This document shows positions 63,289 to 64,000 of a stretch of DNA of 64,000 nt, piece after piece; position 1 is the first letter of the stretch; every line of letters begins with the position of its first letter. The notes under the pieces are model-generated. The model made no database searches, had not been told where the DNA came from, and saw only the letters and a program-made list of their open reading frames with translations. A program made the position numbers and the translations under genes. Source of the DNA: Pyrinomonadaceae bacterium (lineage in GTDB: Bacteria; Acidobacteriota; Blastocatellia; Pyrinomonadales; Pyrinomonadaceae); assembly GCA_044224355.1 (NCBI GenBank), contig JBGAKP010000002.1:152626-216625 (forward strand), given 5' to 3'.

Positions 63289-64000
63289 CTAGTCAGTTTT
63301 GCCGCTCTCTATCTTTTCATAGATCTTGACCGAATTCCTTCCTGCGTGCTTTGCTGCATAGAGAGCCTTGTCCGATGCATCGACGATCACATCGCGGGTA
63401 CAGAGTTCGCTCGAACAACTCGCGACGCCAATGCTGACCGTGACCTTTCGCCCTGGAAACTCCGCGTCGCCGATGTTTGCCCTTAGACGTTCGGCGATAG
63501 CCGCAGCTTCTTCATTCGTCGTCTGCGGCAGCAGTATCGCAAATTCCTCGCCGCCGACTCGGGCGGCGACATCGGCCCCGCGCAGGGTCTCTTTCATTAT
63601 TCCGGCAACCAGCTTAAGGGCCGCGTCGCCCGCCGGATGCCCGAATTGATCGTTATACGATTTGAAATGGTCAACATCCATCGTCAGATAACTCATTGGA
63701 TATCCGTGACGGTTCGACCGTTTTACTTCCTCAACCAGCCGCTCTTCGATATAACGGCGATTCAAAAGGCCGGTAAGTGCGTCCGTCACCGACAACTGCT
63801 CGAATTCACCGGCTTTGGCTTTAAGCGTAGCCCGGTCGATAGCCACGGCGATCTGCGGCGTGAGTTCCTGCAGGAGTTCCAGATCCGATCGGTCAAATCG
63901 GCCGCCGTTTGCTTTGTCCGTGAAGCTAATGACGCCGATATTCCGCCCTCCGATCGTCACCGGCGCGCTCAGGAATGAAGATGTTTTGTATTCCCTTTCT
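63289..64000 (-). CDS. GAF-GGDEF diguanylate cyclase, 5'-truncated by window edge
   Basis: GGEEF active site with an RxxD I-site (RGAD) five residues upstream. The frame stays open from 63960 to the window end (hand translation EREYKTSSFLSAPV-VTIGGRNIGVISF, GAF-like). Confidence 0.9.
   Translation of the reverse strand, partial: EREYKTSSFLSAPVTIGGRNIGVISFTDKANGGRFDRSDLELLQELTPQIAVAIDRATLKAKAGEFEQLSVTDALTGLLNRRYIEERLVEEVKRSNRHGYPMSYLTMDVDHFKSYNDQFGHPAGDAALKLVAGIMKETLRGADVAARVGGEEFAILLPQTTNEEAAAIAERLRANIGDAEFPGRKVTVSIGVASCSSELCTRDVIVDASDKALYAAKHAGRNSVKIYEKIESGKTD

Overview
This 64-kb window looks like an ordinary, densely coding bacterial chromosomal segment, with about 58 protein genes and one tRNA. 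I saw no rRNA, CRISPR array, transposase, integrase or phage gene. Gene content is reminiscent of a soil Acidobacteriota-like organism, but that is a weak guess. All family calls come from recognising motifs by eye in the supplied ORF translations. No database search or computation was run.

Main blocks, left to right:
- A BNR-repeat protein cut by the window edge, a MoaD/ThiS-like protein, NamZ and YegP.
- An sdhC-sdhA-sdhB operon with two extra translationally coupled genes.
- YedK, a class V aminotransferase, an ECF sigma factor, a GT4 glycosyltransferase, an orphan DUF4280/PAAR-like ORF and an M14 peptidase.
- recN, an asparaginase-II family gene and vapBC.
- A 1244-aa NfnAB-like fused oxidoreductase.
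- A Wzc-type tyrosine kinase convergent with rfbBD.
- A large secreted BNR / DUF1906 / FG-GAP protein, then ychF.
- A Cu/Ag-type RND efflux operon with an atypical gene order and accessory genes.
- tRNA-Met(CAT), a cupin-like plus secreted-protein pair, and a POT transporter.
- An M16 peptidase pair, a FecR/DUF6600-like protein, a GAF-like protein and Nfu.
- prmC coupled to a polysaccharide priming transferase and four glycosyltransferases.
- DUF4149, a GrdB-like protein and DUF2585.
- A GAF-GGDEF cyclase followed 2 nt later by a degenerate-ATPase / RsbW-like kinase fusion.

Several ORF-track starts were trimmed to internal starts that give ATGA overlaps or good Shine-Dalgarno (SD) spacing. 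Two edge genes are truncated by the window.

I did not find a clear-cut novel multi-gene system such as a defence island. The best leads are:
- the GGDEF plus ATPase/kinase module;
- the fused NfnAB-like giant with an unassigned N-terminal domain;
- the orphan PAAR-like gene;
- the variant cus operon with its Cys-doublet small protein and apparently leaderless promoter;
- the extended sdh operon.
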